DNA from: Paenibacillaceae bacterium
GTDB lineage: Bacteria > Bacillota > Bacilli > Paenibacillales > JAWLCZ01
Length of the DNA stretch: 55,494 nucleotides
Reading direction: 5' to 3'
Assembly: GCA_041686835.1 (NCBI GenBank)
Contig: JAWLCZ010000002.1
Span: forward strand, 1-55,494
Numbering within the stretch: the stretch's first letter is position 1; each line of letters begins with the position of its first letter. The notes beneath the pieces are model-generated. The model was not told the DNA's origin, ran no database searches, and saw nothing but the letters and a program-made list of their open reading frames with translations. This document shows positions 7,921 through 17,079 of the stretch, piece after piece. The translations under genes and the position numbers were made by a program.

Positions 7921-9525
7921 TTATTTAGGGAGCACATTATGCTGTTGCGACGCCAACGGCAGGGTGATGCGAAAATTGGTTCCTGCGCTGCTCGTGCTTT
8001 CCAGCTCGATCGTTCCGCCATGATCCTGGACAATTTTGTGGCAGATCGAAAGGCCGAGCCCCGTACCGTGTTCTTTGGTGGTATAAAAAGGATGGAATAC
8101 TTTGTCCAACTCCGATTCCGGTATTCCTTTCCCCGTATCCTGAACCTCGACCACCGCATGATTGTCGGCATGGTACAGGCGAATGGTGACTTCCCCTTCG
8201 TCATTCATCGCCTCGAAGGCGTTTTTGACGAGATTGAGCAGAAGCTGCACCATTTTATCCTGATCCATTAATACATAAACGGGCGACGGTTCGTGTTGGA
8301 ATTGGATTTTATGGCCGAGACGGGTCGACTCCGATTCCATCAGCGAGATGACTCGTTGGATGCAATCGTTTAACGACTGGACTTTGAACTGGGTCGCATG
8401 CGGTTTGGAAAATTGCAAAAATTCGGCGGTCAGCTCGCTCATTCGCGTAATTTCATCCATAATCAGATCGTACCACGGCTCCACGATATAGCCGTTTGCG
8501 CTGGAAATTTGCAGAAATCCTTTTATGGTCGTAAGCGGGTTGCGAATTTCGTGCGCCATTCCCGACGCCAGTTCTCCGACGACTTTCAGTTTCTCGGCTC
8601 GGAACATGTGCTCTTCGCGTTTCAGCCAAATTTCCCGTTTCATCGAGAACAGATTTTTCTCCGCCACGAGAATCAAATCGTCCTTTGCTCTCGCGTCATC
8701 CGGATAAACGGCATATCCGTACGTCAGTTGGATTCCGATAAGCCGGGGCAGCTCCGAATTGAGTACATCGGACAGGCGGACGGCCGTTTGGGCGGGATCC
8801 TCCGTTTTTAAAACCAGAGCGAATTCGTCGCCGCCGTAACGGGCTATCATTAGCGCTTCGTCGGAAAATACGATTTTCAACAGATCGGCGATTTGCTTCA
8901 GCACCCGGTTGCCGCCTTGAAAGCCCTGTGCGTTGTTCATCGATTTCAAATCGGTGCAGTCAATATGGACGAGGACGAGCATATCCTCCTTCAGAAGTAG
9001 CTCCTCCAGCCGGTTATGGTAGGCTTCAAAATTCATCAGACCGGTCAGACCGTCATGCGTGGACAGGTGATCTTTTTCATGGTTCAATTGCTGTTTCTGC
9101 CGCTCCGTTGTGAAGAAATGGCCGCAAATATGCGCCAGTACGGCGGAAATAAAGAAATCGACCACAAGGATCAGCAAGCTTCGCAAATTCCACTCGGAAA
9201 AAGACAGGCGGACGGAAGAATAAACGGCGACGTAAAAATAAAAACGAATGTGCGCCAGCTTGTGTTGAGGGTTGCAGTAATAATACCTTCCCGCAAGAAA
9301 GCAGTACATCGGCATGCACCAGTTCAATTGGCTGAACCAATGAAACAAAGCAAGCAGGAATATTTGCCACAGCTCCCGGAAAGGAAGCTTGTCCTTAAAA
9401 TATTCGCATATAATGAACAAGGAAGCGGAACACAGTAAAAGCACGGTGCTGCGCGGCAATTGCAACGACAACGAGGAGACGGTCAGCAGCAACGTGTATG
9501 CCGGTACGATGAAATTTAATAACAT
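7921..9525 (-). CDS. Membrane-bound GGDEF-HisKA-HATPase fusion kinase (sporulation-kinase-like H-box)
   Basis: N-terminal TM helices; DGLTGLMN...ARYGGDEF; MAHEIRNPLTTIKGFLQ; NLVKNA, DTGKGI, FYTTK and GTGLGL boxes. Confidence 0.9.
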   Translation of the reverse strand: MLLNFIVPAYTLLLTVSSLSLQLPRSTVLLLCSASLFIICEYFKDKLPFRELWQIFLLALFHWFSQLNWCMPMYCFLAGRYYYCNPQHKLAHIRFYFYVAVYSSVRLSFSEWNLRSLLILVVDFFISAVLAHICGHFFTTERQKQQLNHEKDHLSTHDGLTGLMNFEAYHNRLEELLLKEDMLVLVHIDCTDLKSMNNAQGFQGGNRVLKQIADLLKIVFSDEALMIARYGGDEFALVLKTEDPAQTAVRLSDVLNSELPRLIGIQLTYGYAVYPDDARAKDDLILVAEKNLFSMKREIWLKREEHMFRAEKLKVVGELASGMAHEIRNPLTTIKGFLQISSANGYIVEPWYDLIMDEITRMSELTAEFLQFSKPHATQFKVQSLNDCIQRVISLMESESTRLGHKIQFQHEPSPVYVLMDQDKMVQLLLNLVKNAFEAMNDEGEVTIRLYHADNHAVVEVQDTGKGIPESELDKVFHPFYTTKEHGTGLGLSICHKIVQDHGGTIELESTSSAGTNFRITLPLASQQHNVLPK

Positions 9526-9605
9526 TACTTTCACGCTCCGTTGTAATGTTACAACATAAACCAATCGATTTGCGAAATCGCTTCCATTTGCAGTTTGGGC
9601 AATCC

Positions 9606-9635
9606 GCATATCTGCCAACCGTTTCGGATACAATA
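9606..9635 (+). promoter_or_regulatory. sigF-like promoter of the DUF3892 gene
   Basis: GCATA-N15-GGATACAATA fits the GYWTA-N15-GGnnAnAnTA consensus. Confidence 0.6.
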
Positions 9636-9669
9636 ACCGATAAATGACAAATTGAGGTGATTATCAATC

Positions 9670-9924
9670 ATGAAACAGCAAACCGGCAACCCAAACCGGC
9701 AGCGCGAATCGTTTGTAGCGGTGCAAAAAAACGGCGACGGCGAAATTACGGCGTTTAAAACATCCTCGGGCCGGGTGTTGAATTACGAGCAGGCCCTGCA
9801 GGAAGTGCAAAGCGGAAACATCGCAGGCGTTAACGCCTTCAAGGGCCGCGACGGCGAAACGTACATCCGCGGCGACGCCGACGGCGATCCGAGCAACAAC
9901 CTCGACAACTTGCCGACATTTTAA
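9670..9924 (+). CDS. DUF3892 domain protein
   Basis: VAVQKNGDGEITAF...YIRGDADGDPSNNLDNLP; RBS GAGGTG. Confidence 0.8.
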   Translation: MKQQTGNPNRQRESFVAVQKNGDGEITAFKTSSGRVLNYEQALQEVQSGNIAGVNAFKGRDGETYIRGDADGDPSNNLDNLPTF

Positions 9925-10121
9925 AATTTTTATTGAGATGGAAAAAGTTTCATGTACCATGATATTAGCACATAAGAGACAAGGAAACAATGAACGGTCT
10001 TGGGGGAGATGAACAATGGCCCGGGTACAGGAATGAGAAAGCGGCGGCGGGAAAGGGGAGGAGAAGCCGTATCGGCTTAAGAAAGATGGCGAAAGGAAAG
10101 AAAAGCGGAAACCTGGGGTTT

Positions 10122-10319
10122 CTATGGCGTATTCGATAGATGGACGACGTTTGACGTCGGAGCGGATTGTTTCATGACAGTCAAGATGAGCTCGTCGAGT
10201 CTTTGGCTGACGGCAAGCACACGGGGATGACGAAAATTGTACTGATGACACTGAGCTGTATATTCCAGCTTTTTTTTCATTTGTGCGATTTCCTGATCCA
10301 GTCTCGTTTTATCTTTCAT
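10122..10319 (-). CDS. Spo0E-family aspartyl-phosphate phosphatase
   Basis: HPRVLAVSQRLDELI (SQxLD signature), 65 aa helical protein. Confidence 0.85.
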   Translation of the reverse strand: MKDKTRLDQEIAQMKKKLEYTAQCHQYNFRHPRVLAVSQRLDELILTVMKQSAPTSNVVHLSNTP

Positions 10320-10572
10320 ACCTATAGCCTGCTTCCTGTTTTCTAGTATATGTATAAGTTTACATGATTGGTATAAAAAATGTAATAAAAATCCAAACGC
10401 GTCAATTTTTCTTTACAAAATACTTAATATGAGATATAATGAATTGCTTTTTTTATTTTGTTTGCTCACAGGCGATCGTTTCATTCATTTTTTTGCCGAA
10501 TAACGCAACTCTTTTTCCGGCTTGGAGTATACACTAGCAGGAAAGCGACAATAGGTTGGAGGTAATGAATGG

Positions 10573-11163
10573 ATGAAGTTGAAGAAGTTCGCGCTGTTGG
10601 CATCCGTGTTATTTTTGCTTAGTACGGCTACCGTATTTGCCGACGACGTATACGGGTGGTACAAAGGCAAAAAAGTGAAAGTTTATGTGAACAACATCGA
10701 ACTTATGGAACCGGGACTTTCCATCGACGGCAAAACGATGGTTCCGCTCCGCGACGTCGCAGAGCCGCTCCAAGCCATGGTTTCATGGGACGATGCGACG
10801 CAGACGGCGCGCATCTATAAGCCGAATGTGCATATGTTTGTATTTGAAGTGGTCAAAGACAAGATTACTCAATCGTTCGGAAAAGTTTTGAAAGGGAAAT
10901 ACAATTTTATCATATTCACTCAGGTTGACAGCTTGTATTCCAAGGCCGAATCCGTCAAATTCGTCATTGAAGATCCGTCCGGTACGGCGGTGACGGTAGA
11001 CGAGAAATCGATTGAAGTACAAAAAGACAATTTTTGGTACAGTACGCCGAGCATTACTTTTGACTTTAAACAAACGGGCAAGTATACGGTCAAAATGTAC
11101 ATGAAACTCGAAAAGACGGAAAATTATGCGCTCGTATCCGAAAAAGCGATTGTATCCGAGTAG
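10573..11163 (+). CDS. Secreted protein with copper amine oxidase N-terminal (stalk) domain
   Basis: Signal peptide; IDGKTMVPLRDVAEPLQAMVSWD motif. Confidence 0.8.
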   Translation: MKLKKFALLASVLFLLSTATVFADDVYGWYKGKKVKVYVNNIELMEPGLSIDGKTMVPLRDVAEPLQAMVSWDDATQTARIYKPNVHMFVFEVVKDKITQSFGKVLKGKYNFIIFTQVDSLYSKAESVKFVIEDPSGTAVTVDEKSIEVQKDNFWYSTPSITFDFKQTGKYTVKMYMKLEKTENYALVSEKAIVSE

Positions 11164-11171
11164 GTGAAAGA

Positions 11172-11666
11172 ATGGAAACAGCAGGGGCAAGTCTGTTCGA
11201 TCTATTTGTTCCGGCTGAAACGGAACAGGAATACCGGGAATTGAGGCGGCTTGCGGAACAGGGCGGCTATTCGCGATTCAGCGGCTTCCTGAACGAATTG
11301 AAAGAAATGCTGCGCCGCTCGGAAGAGACGGAATTGGAACAAGCCGAAGCGTTGATCCGCAAAGGGAGAGCCGTTTTCCCGCAAACGGGGGCAATCAGTC
11401 CGGCATGGGAGCATGTCTGGGACGAATTCGCCCAAATCGCGGCTTATAAACGGGAAGTGCTGAAAGCCGTATCCAAGCGGGACAGGGAAGGGGAATGGCA
11501 GGTCATTATTGACAACCCGTACACGAGTGACGGGGTCATCTGCCATACCGGATTGGCGTTTGCGGAGGCCGCTTTTTTATACGCCTATTTTCGCCCTTCT
11601 TTGAAGAACGCCGAATATATCCGCCTGCAAAAAGTGTGGAGCGTCATTACGCATTTTGGAAGGTAG
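11172..11666 (+). CDS. Hypothetical protein
   Basis: 164-aa ORF 8 bp after the previous gene; RBS AGGTGA. Confidence 0.7.
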   Translation: METAGASLFDLFVPAETEQEYRELRRLAEQGGYSRFSGFLNELKEMLRRSEETELEQAEALIRKGRAVFPQTGAISPAWEHVWDEFAQIAAYKREVLKAVSKRDREGEWQVIIDNPYTSDGVICHTGLAFAEAAFLYAYFRPSLKNAEYIRLQKVWSVITHFGR

Positions 11667-11755
11667 GGCGATCCGCACGAACGATCCGTTGATCCGCTTC
11701 CGCTAAAATGTTACGATACGTACGAAACCAAATAACGAGGAAATGAGGTCTTGGC

Positions 11756-12034
11756 ATGAGCGACCATAGAAACGAAGAGCATGAGGAAGAAGAAGTGTTT
11801 CTCGTAACGGATGAAGACGGGAACGAACACGAAATGGTGATGGTATACACATTTGAGTCGGACGAAAAAGCTTACGCCGTGCTGCTGGAGCGGAACAATC
11901 CGGAAGCCGACGGCATTATTTTCCGGTTGGAAGAAGAGAACGACGAAGTTTATCTTGTCAGCATAGAAGACGACGAGGAATGGGAGAAGGTCGCTTCTGC
12001 TTATGAGCGCATTGCCGCGGAAGAATCGGAATAG
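11756..12034 (+). CDS. DUF1292 (UPF0473) acidic protein
   Basis: LVTDEDGNE...YAVL...IEDDEEWEKV. Confidence 0.88.
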   Translation: MSDHRNEEHEEEEVFLVTDEDGNEHEMVMVYTFESDEKAYAVLLERNNPEADGIIFRLEEENDEVYLVSIEDDEEWEKVASAYERIAAEESE

Positions 12035-12040
12035 GCTGAT

Positions 12041-12087
12041 AAAAAAAGGGCTTTCCAAAGCAACTCCATCCGCTTTGGAAAGCCCTT
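12041..12087. terminator. Bidirectional terminator
   Basis: AAGGGCTTTCCAAAGC/GCTTTGGAAAGCCCTT 16-bp stem between convergent genes. Confidence 0.8.
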
Positions 12088-12117
12088 CGCCGTTTTTGCG
12101 GTACCGGTGAAACTCCT

Positions 12118-12537
12118 TTATTTGCGCGGGTTAAAATACATGATTCTGCCGTTAAAAAGGTGCAGCTCCGCCTTCCAGGCGCGGGCCAAATATTTGCAAA
12201 ATTCGTTTCCTTTCGCTTTATCCCCATGCGTACAATCGTCCGGGAGAACAACCTGCACGAAATGTCTTTCCTCGCCGCCATCTTCTTTATGGCCCACGCC
12301 GAATATAATATATTTGTACAGATCGTTTTTGCCTTTCAGATAAAACCAGGATTCGCCCGCTTCGGGCTTCGTTTCGATCGTATACGGAAAAGCCGCGTCG
12401 GCGTAATCCCACCCCAGCTGCCGGCCGGTAAGAGCCGTCTGTTCCTTGTAATGGAGCAGCTGCTGCTTCACTTCATCGACAGTAACGGAGGGGACGGCCG
12501 ATCCTTGCACAAAATAAATGAAAGCACTTTGACTCAT
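12118..12537 (-). CDS. DUF1885 family protein
   Basis: TGRQLGWDY...FPY, THGDKAKGNEFCKYLA, LHLFNGR; usual neighbour of DUF3055 and speA. Confidence 0.8.
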   Translation of the reverse strand: MSQSAFIYFVQGSAVPSVTVDEVKQQLLHYKEQTALTGRQLGWDYADAAFPYTIETKPEAGESWFYLKGKNDLYKYIIFGVGHKEDGGEERHFVQVVLPDDCTHGDKAKGNEFCKYLARAWKAELHLFNGRIMYFNPRK

Positions 12538-12725
12538 CAAGCACACCTGCCTCGTTTCGTTGAACGATCCCATTGACGACAATTTCCAAGTTCATTCTAG
12601 CATGACGGCTCCTGATTGACAACAGTTGCCATTTTGCTTCAGCGCAGTGCCGGAAACAAGAAATTATGGTACAATGCAAATTATACAAACTTTCAGATAA
12701 TTTGGCATAAAGGAGGACGGAACGC

Positions 12726-13016
12726 ATGTTTGAACGATTGTATGACGTGACGGAACAGTCCCGGGTCAATTTTTTCGGTTATATTTCGGAAAGGAACCGG
12801 TATGATTTTGCCATTATTTATACGAACCATTTTTTCGGAAAGCCGTTAGTCGTATGTATGCAGACGGGAAAGTCGTCTCTTCTCAGTATGGAAGATGTAA
12901 GCCATCTCGAGAATTTGCAGAAACTGTTCAGCATCCGCAGCCGCGATGAGGCGGAAGAACTGTCCGTTTTTTTGCGGCAGAGGCTTCCGGACGTCCCGAT
13001 GTCGGACCAATATTGA
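12726..13016 (+). CDS. DUF3055 family protein
   Basis: LYDVTE...RYDFAIIYTNHFFGKPLVVCMQTG. Confidence 0.8.
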   Translation: MFERLYDVTEQSRVNFFGYISERNRYDFAIIYTNHFFGKPLVVCMQTGKSSLLSMEDVSHLENLQKLFSIRSRDEAEELSVFLRQRLPDVPMSDQY

Positions 13017-13084
13017 AGCGTATTCGAATGAACGGAGGGCCGAAGCGGCGGAAGCATGCTTTGGCCCCTCCTTGTTTTTCGGCT

Positions 13085-14554
13085 TCAAGATATAGGTTCG
13101 GTCTCCACAATCACTTTCACGTAGCGCATCGATTTGTCTTCCGGTCCCTGAACCGGCAATCCGACCTTGAGATGATCCATAATGTAATCAATGTTTTCCT
13201 GGGAAATCACTTCTCCCGGAAGCAGAATCGGAATGCCCGGAGGGTACACGAAAATGAATTCGGCAATGATGCGGCCGGCCGCTTCCTTTAACGGCACGAT
13301 CTCCGTGTCCGCATAAAAAGCGTCACGCGGCGAAAGCGACAAATGCGGTATTTCCGGAATTTTCACCGTGATGTTGTCCGCTTCGCGCCTGCCGGAATGC
13401 TGCTCGGATAATTGCCGGAGGGCGGAAATGAGCAGTTCGACGGTCTCTTCCGTATCGCCCGGTGTAATCAGGCACAGGATGTTGTACATATCGCTTAATT
13501 CCACTTCGATGTTGTGGTTTTCCCGCAGCCATTTCTCCACTTCATAGCCCGTTAACCCGAGTTTGCGGATATGGATCGTAAGCTTGGTCGGATCATAATC
13601 GTATGTTGCTTCCGTTCCGATGATTTCTTCCCCGAAGCAGTACAGTCCGTCGATTTCGTTAATCTTTCTCCGCGCGTATTGGGCCAGGCGTATCGCTTTT
13701 TCCGCCAGTTCCCGTCCGTGCAGCGCGAGATTTTTGCGCGCCGTATCCAATGAAGCGAGCAGAATGTAGGACGTCGAGGTCGTGGTCAGCATGCTGATAA
13801 TCGACTGGACCCGTTTCGGATTCACCAGACCTTTCTTTACGTTCAGCACCGAACTTTGCGTGAGCGATCCGCCCAGCTTGTGTACACTGGTGGCGGCCAT
13901 ATCGGCGCCGGCCTGCATGCCGGAAAGCGGAAGCTTCTCATGGAAATGAATGTGCGCGCCGTGCGCCTCGTCGACGAGCACCGGGATGTTGTGGCTGTGC
14001 GCCAAATCGACGATCTGCTTCAGATCGGTGCATACGCCGAAATACGTCGGATTGATGACGAGCACCGCTTTGGCATCGGGATGGGCTTTCAGCGCCCTTT
14101 TTACCGAACTGACGGTGATGCCGTGAGCGATGCCGAGCTGATGATCCATCGCCGGGGAAACGAACACGGGTTTGGCCCCCGCAAAAATAATGGCGGTCAT
14201 GACCGATTTGTGAACATTGCGGGGAACGATGATTTTGTCTCCCGGGGAGCAGACCGACATAATCATCGTCATGATCGCCCCGCTTGTCCCCTGCACGGAA
14301 AAAAAAGTATAGTCGGCGCCGAACGCGTCGGCCGCAAGCTCCTGCGCTTCCCCGATAATGCCGGAAGGCGCGTGGAGGTCGTCAAGCGGCGCAATATTTA
14401 TCAAATCTATGGAAAGAACGTTGTCTCCGATAAATTGTTTGAACTGTTCATCCATGCCGGCGCCTCTCTTATGGCCGGGGATATGAAATTGAATCGGTTT
14501 CTTCTTTGCATGCTCAACCAATCCGGAGAACAGGGGAGTACGTTCATGATTCAC
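13085..14554 (-). CDS. speA: Arginine (Orn/Lys/Arg family) decarboxylase
   Basis: QFHIPGHK, VDEAHG, SVHKLGG (PLP lysine) and YPPGIP motifs; GTG start at 14554; gene context. Confidence 0.88.
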   Translation of the reverse strand: MNHERTPLFSGLVEHAKKKPIQFHIPGHKRGAGMDEQFKQFIGDNVLSIDLINIAPLDDLHAPSGIIGEAQELAADAFGADYTFFSVQGTSGAIMTMIMSVCSPGDKIIVPRNVHKSVMTAIIFAGAKPVFVSPAMDHQLGIAHGITVSSVKRALKAHPDAKAVLVINPTYFGVCTDLKQIVDLAHSHNIPVLVDEAHGAHIHFHEKLPLSGMQAGADMAATSVHKLGGSLTQSSVLNVKKGLVNPKRVQSIISMLTTTSTSYILLASLDTARKNLALHGRELAEKAIRLAQYARRKINEIDGLYCFGEEIIGTEATYDYDPTKLTIHIRKLGLTGYEVEKWLRENHNIEVELSDMYNILCLITPGDTEETVELLISALRQLSEQHSGRREADNITVKIPEIPHLSLSPRDAFYADTEIVPLKEAAGRIIAEFIFVYPPGIPILLPGEVISQENIDYIMDHLKVGLPVQGPEDKSMRYVKVIVETEPIS

Positions 14555-14646
14555 GGAAATTCTTTCCCTTCTGTATGATTTCGAATTCGTAAACAAAGTT
14601 GAGTATAACAAAAATGATAACCGATGCAAACTCCTTTTCCGCGGCA

Positions 14647-15759
14647 TTAGGAACGGTTTTTTTTCGGTTTTTCCCAATACTGCTCGTTACCCGGCAAGTC
14701 GTCAAACCAGGCCGCGTCTTTCGGGCAATCGAGAATCATAAACTTGCCGCATTCATCATCCCGGGACTGGTGGTATTTAAGATAAGCCTTTCCGTTTTCG
14801 ACAGCCAAAATTTCGATTTTGCCGGAAGTATGGCTCATGCAGAGCCTTACTCTTTTGCCCAGCCCCGAAGTCCGCGCTTTCGCTTGTTCAACGATGCGGT
14901 ACACTTCCTCCAGAGTCAGGACAAACGAGCGGTTTCCCGCCACCGGCCGGTTGACAAAGAAATAATAGGGTGTGATGCCCGCCCAGGACAGTTTGTCGAG
15001 CAATTCGCCGAGAACGGCCGGATCGTCGTTGATGCCTCTCAGGACCGGAGTCTGATTGACGATAATCGCCCCGGCGTCATGCAGCGCCCTGAAACCTCGT
15101 TTCGCCTCATCTGTAAGCTCTCTAGGATGGTTGATATGCGCCATAATATATATCCGCTTTTCTTCTGTGGAGTACTCGCGGATAATATCCAGCAGTTCCC
15201 GGTCTTCGTAAATTCTCATAGGATTGAATACCGGCATTTTGGAACCGATTCGGATGATTTTCACATGGTCGATTTCCCTCAACTGCTCAATGATCTGCCG
15301 CAGTCTGCGGGTTGACAGGGCGAGCGGGTCTCCGCCGGTTAAAAGCACATTGTTAATTTCCGGGGTGTTGGCGATATATGCGATTCCTTCCGCAACGTCC
15401 GAACTCGCTTCCTTCACATCTTCGCGAAACAACCGTTTTCTGAAGCAATACCGGCAATAGGCGCCGCACACTTCGGAGACCAGCAAGAGAGCCGTCGTGC
15501 CGTACTTGTGCTGACAGCCTGCGGCCACATAATTCGTCTCTTCGTCCGACGCATCCCAACGGCCGTATTCTACCAGCTCGCTTTCGGTAGGAATGACGAT
15601 CTTGCGGATCGGATCGTCCGGATCGGACCAATCAATCAGACTTAAATAATAATCGTTGACACGGAACACGTATGTTTCCGTCACCTGTTTCAGAACGTTC
15701 TTCTCATTGTCCGTCAGGTGGGGAATCTTCGCTATATCCGTAATATACTTCGGCTTCAT
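14647..15759 (-). CDS. KamA-family radical SAM/PLP amino acid 2,3-aminomutase
   Basis: CGAYCRYCFRK (CxxxCxxC), LLTGGD, IRIGSK, HINHPRE, NQTPVLRGIND, PYY and SGK (PLP lysine). Confidence 0.9.
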   Translation of the reverse strand: MKPKYITDIAKIPHLTDNEKNVLKQVTETYVFRVNDYYLSLIDWSDPDDPIRKIVIPTESELVEYGRWDASDEETNYVAAGCQHKYGTTALLLVSEVCGAYCRYCFRKRLFREDVKEASSDVAEGIAYIANTPEINNVLLTGGDPLALSTRRLRQIIEQLREIDHVKIIRIGSKMPVFNPMRIYEDRELLDIIREYSTEEKRIYIMAHINHPRELTDEAKRGFRALHDAGAIIVNQTPVLRGINDDPAVLGELLDKLSWAGITPYYFFVNRPVAGNRSFVLTLEEVYRIVEQAKARTSGLGKRVRLCMSHTSGKIEILAVENGKAYLKYHQSRDDECGKFMILDCPKDAAWFDDLPGNEQYWEKPKKNRS

Positions 15760-16948
15760 CACGGTCGGGTTCTCCTTCTTCTGAAGTTTCGGAAACGGAG
15801 CTTAGACCGGATATTTTGGGCAAGCCGCCGGTATAAAGATACCTGGCATATTCCAGCGGATTGATAAACGCTTTCTGCACCGTTTCACGATCGTACGCTT
15901 TATTCAACGACACTTTCGCGGATTTCGCATTGCATTCGATAAACCAGATTTTTCCTTTGTTGTCGATTCCCAAATCAATTCCGATTTCCCCGAACGGACC
16001 GTAAAATTTTTCCATGCTGTGATAGACCATAAAGAGGAATTTTTCCACTTCGCCTCTTGCCTGCATAATTTGCTCATCGCTGTACTTCAATTCGTTCTGG
16101 AGAAAATGTTCAAGCGGATACGCATCGGAGTGAATCGTGATAGGCGATTGTTTGCGTCCGACGCGTGCGCATATCCCGACAATTTCCAGCTCTCCGAGTT
16201 TGTTTCTTTGCAGCTCGGCGCGGAAATCGACAATGCGGTTATTGATCTTCAGCAAAGGAATGGCTTGTTGGACAATCACTTTGTTGCCTTTAAAGAAGCG
16301 GCGTATGATTCGGTACACACGGTCAAAACTGTTCTCTCTGCCGATAACTAAACGCTCGACGAAGTAACTGTACTCATAGCGGCCGCCGGGGAGCTTTTCG
16401 AGACGCATAACTTTTTCGCCGCGGCTTCCGTTCACCGATTTCAGATAGACTTTATCGCTGATTTTCAGCAGATCCTTCAGGTCGTTTTGATCCCGGAACC
16501 GGCGGGTGACAGGCAAATACGGCCTCATTTGTTCGACTTCCCGCAATTTTTTATACAAATCCCACTTATCGAAGTAATGCTGCGCATTCAACTTTTGAAT
16601 TCCCATTCGGGTAATCCGTTTTCTGACCCGCAAGGCGCGTTCCCACTGGCTTGTTGTTATTCCTCCGCAGCGATCGTAAAAAATATCCGGCAGGGGAAAC
16701 GTTTTTCTTTCCCATGTGCCTTTTCGGCTGTTATACAGAGTTCCTTTCACCGTCCGTTTGGCGAAGTTCACATCATTCACAGAGAAAAAATACACCGGTA
16801 CCCCTGTTTTTCGGCTTGCCCGATAAAGCCCGGCAAAACGAAAATTGTTCTGAATGTCGCCGCTCGAACTGTTCAAGTATTGAATGACGCCGCTGGATAC
16901 AAAAACACCCACATACGGATTGCGATTTTCGTTGGCGATTTTGCACAC
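15704..16948 (-). CDS. YheC/YheD-family ATP-grasp protein (start uncertain)
   Basis: FPLPDIFYDR, FDKW, YLKSVNGSRG, IVQQAI, DFRAELQR, EIGIDLGID and WFIECNAK motifs. Confidence 0.88.
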   Translation of the reverse strand: MCKIANENRNPYVGVFVSSGVIQYLNSSSGDIQNNFRFAGLYRASRKTGVPVYFFSVNDVNFAKRTVKGTLYNSRKGTWERKTFPLPDIFYDRCGGITTSQWERALRVRKRITRMGIQKLNAQHYFDKWDLYKKLREVEQMRPYLPVTRRFRDQNDLKDLLKISDKVYLKSVNGSRGEKVMRLEKLPGGRYEYSYFVERLVIGRENSFDRVYRIIRRFFKGNKVIVQQAIPLLKINNRIVDFRAELQRNKLGELEIVGICARVGRKQSPITIHSDAYPLEHFLQNELKYSDEQIMQARGEVEKFLFMVYHSMEKFYGPFGEIGIDLGIDNKGKIWFIECNAKSAKVSLNKAYDRETVQKAFINPLEYARYLYTGGLPKISGLSSVSETSEEGEPDRDEAEVYYGYSEDSPPDGQ

Positions 16949-17079
16949 CCCCAAACCAAGATAAATGCAACTATGCAACTTTTAGTGCGCTGCTTCTGCA
17001 AAGATGATTCATTATATTACCGAAAAGCGGAAAGAACACGGCAGTTGACTATAATTCCGTGATATTGCAGGACGTTCGT

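Noticed and set aside
13085-14554. speA as a dedicated part of the ATP-grasp/aminomutase system
   Set aside because: speA-DUF3055-DUF1885-DUF1292 is a common backbone arrangement, so adjacency may be incidental
15704-15800. Acidic tail of the second ATP-grasp protein as an auto-glutamylation site
   Set aside because: It largely arises from reading through the RBS and start of the overlapping mutase gene; no independent support
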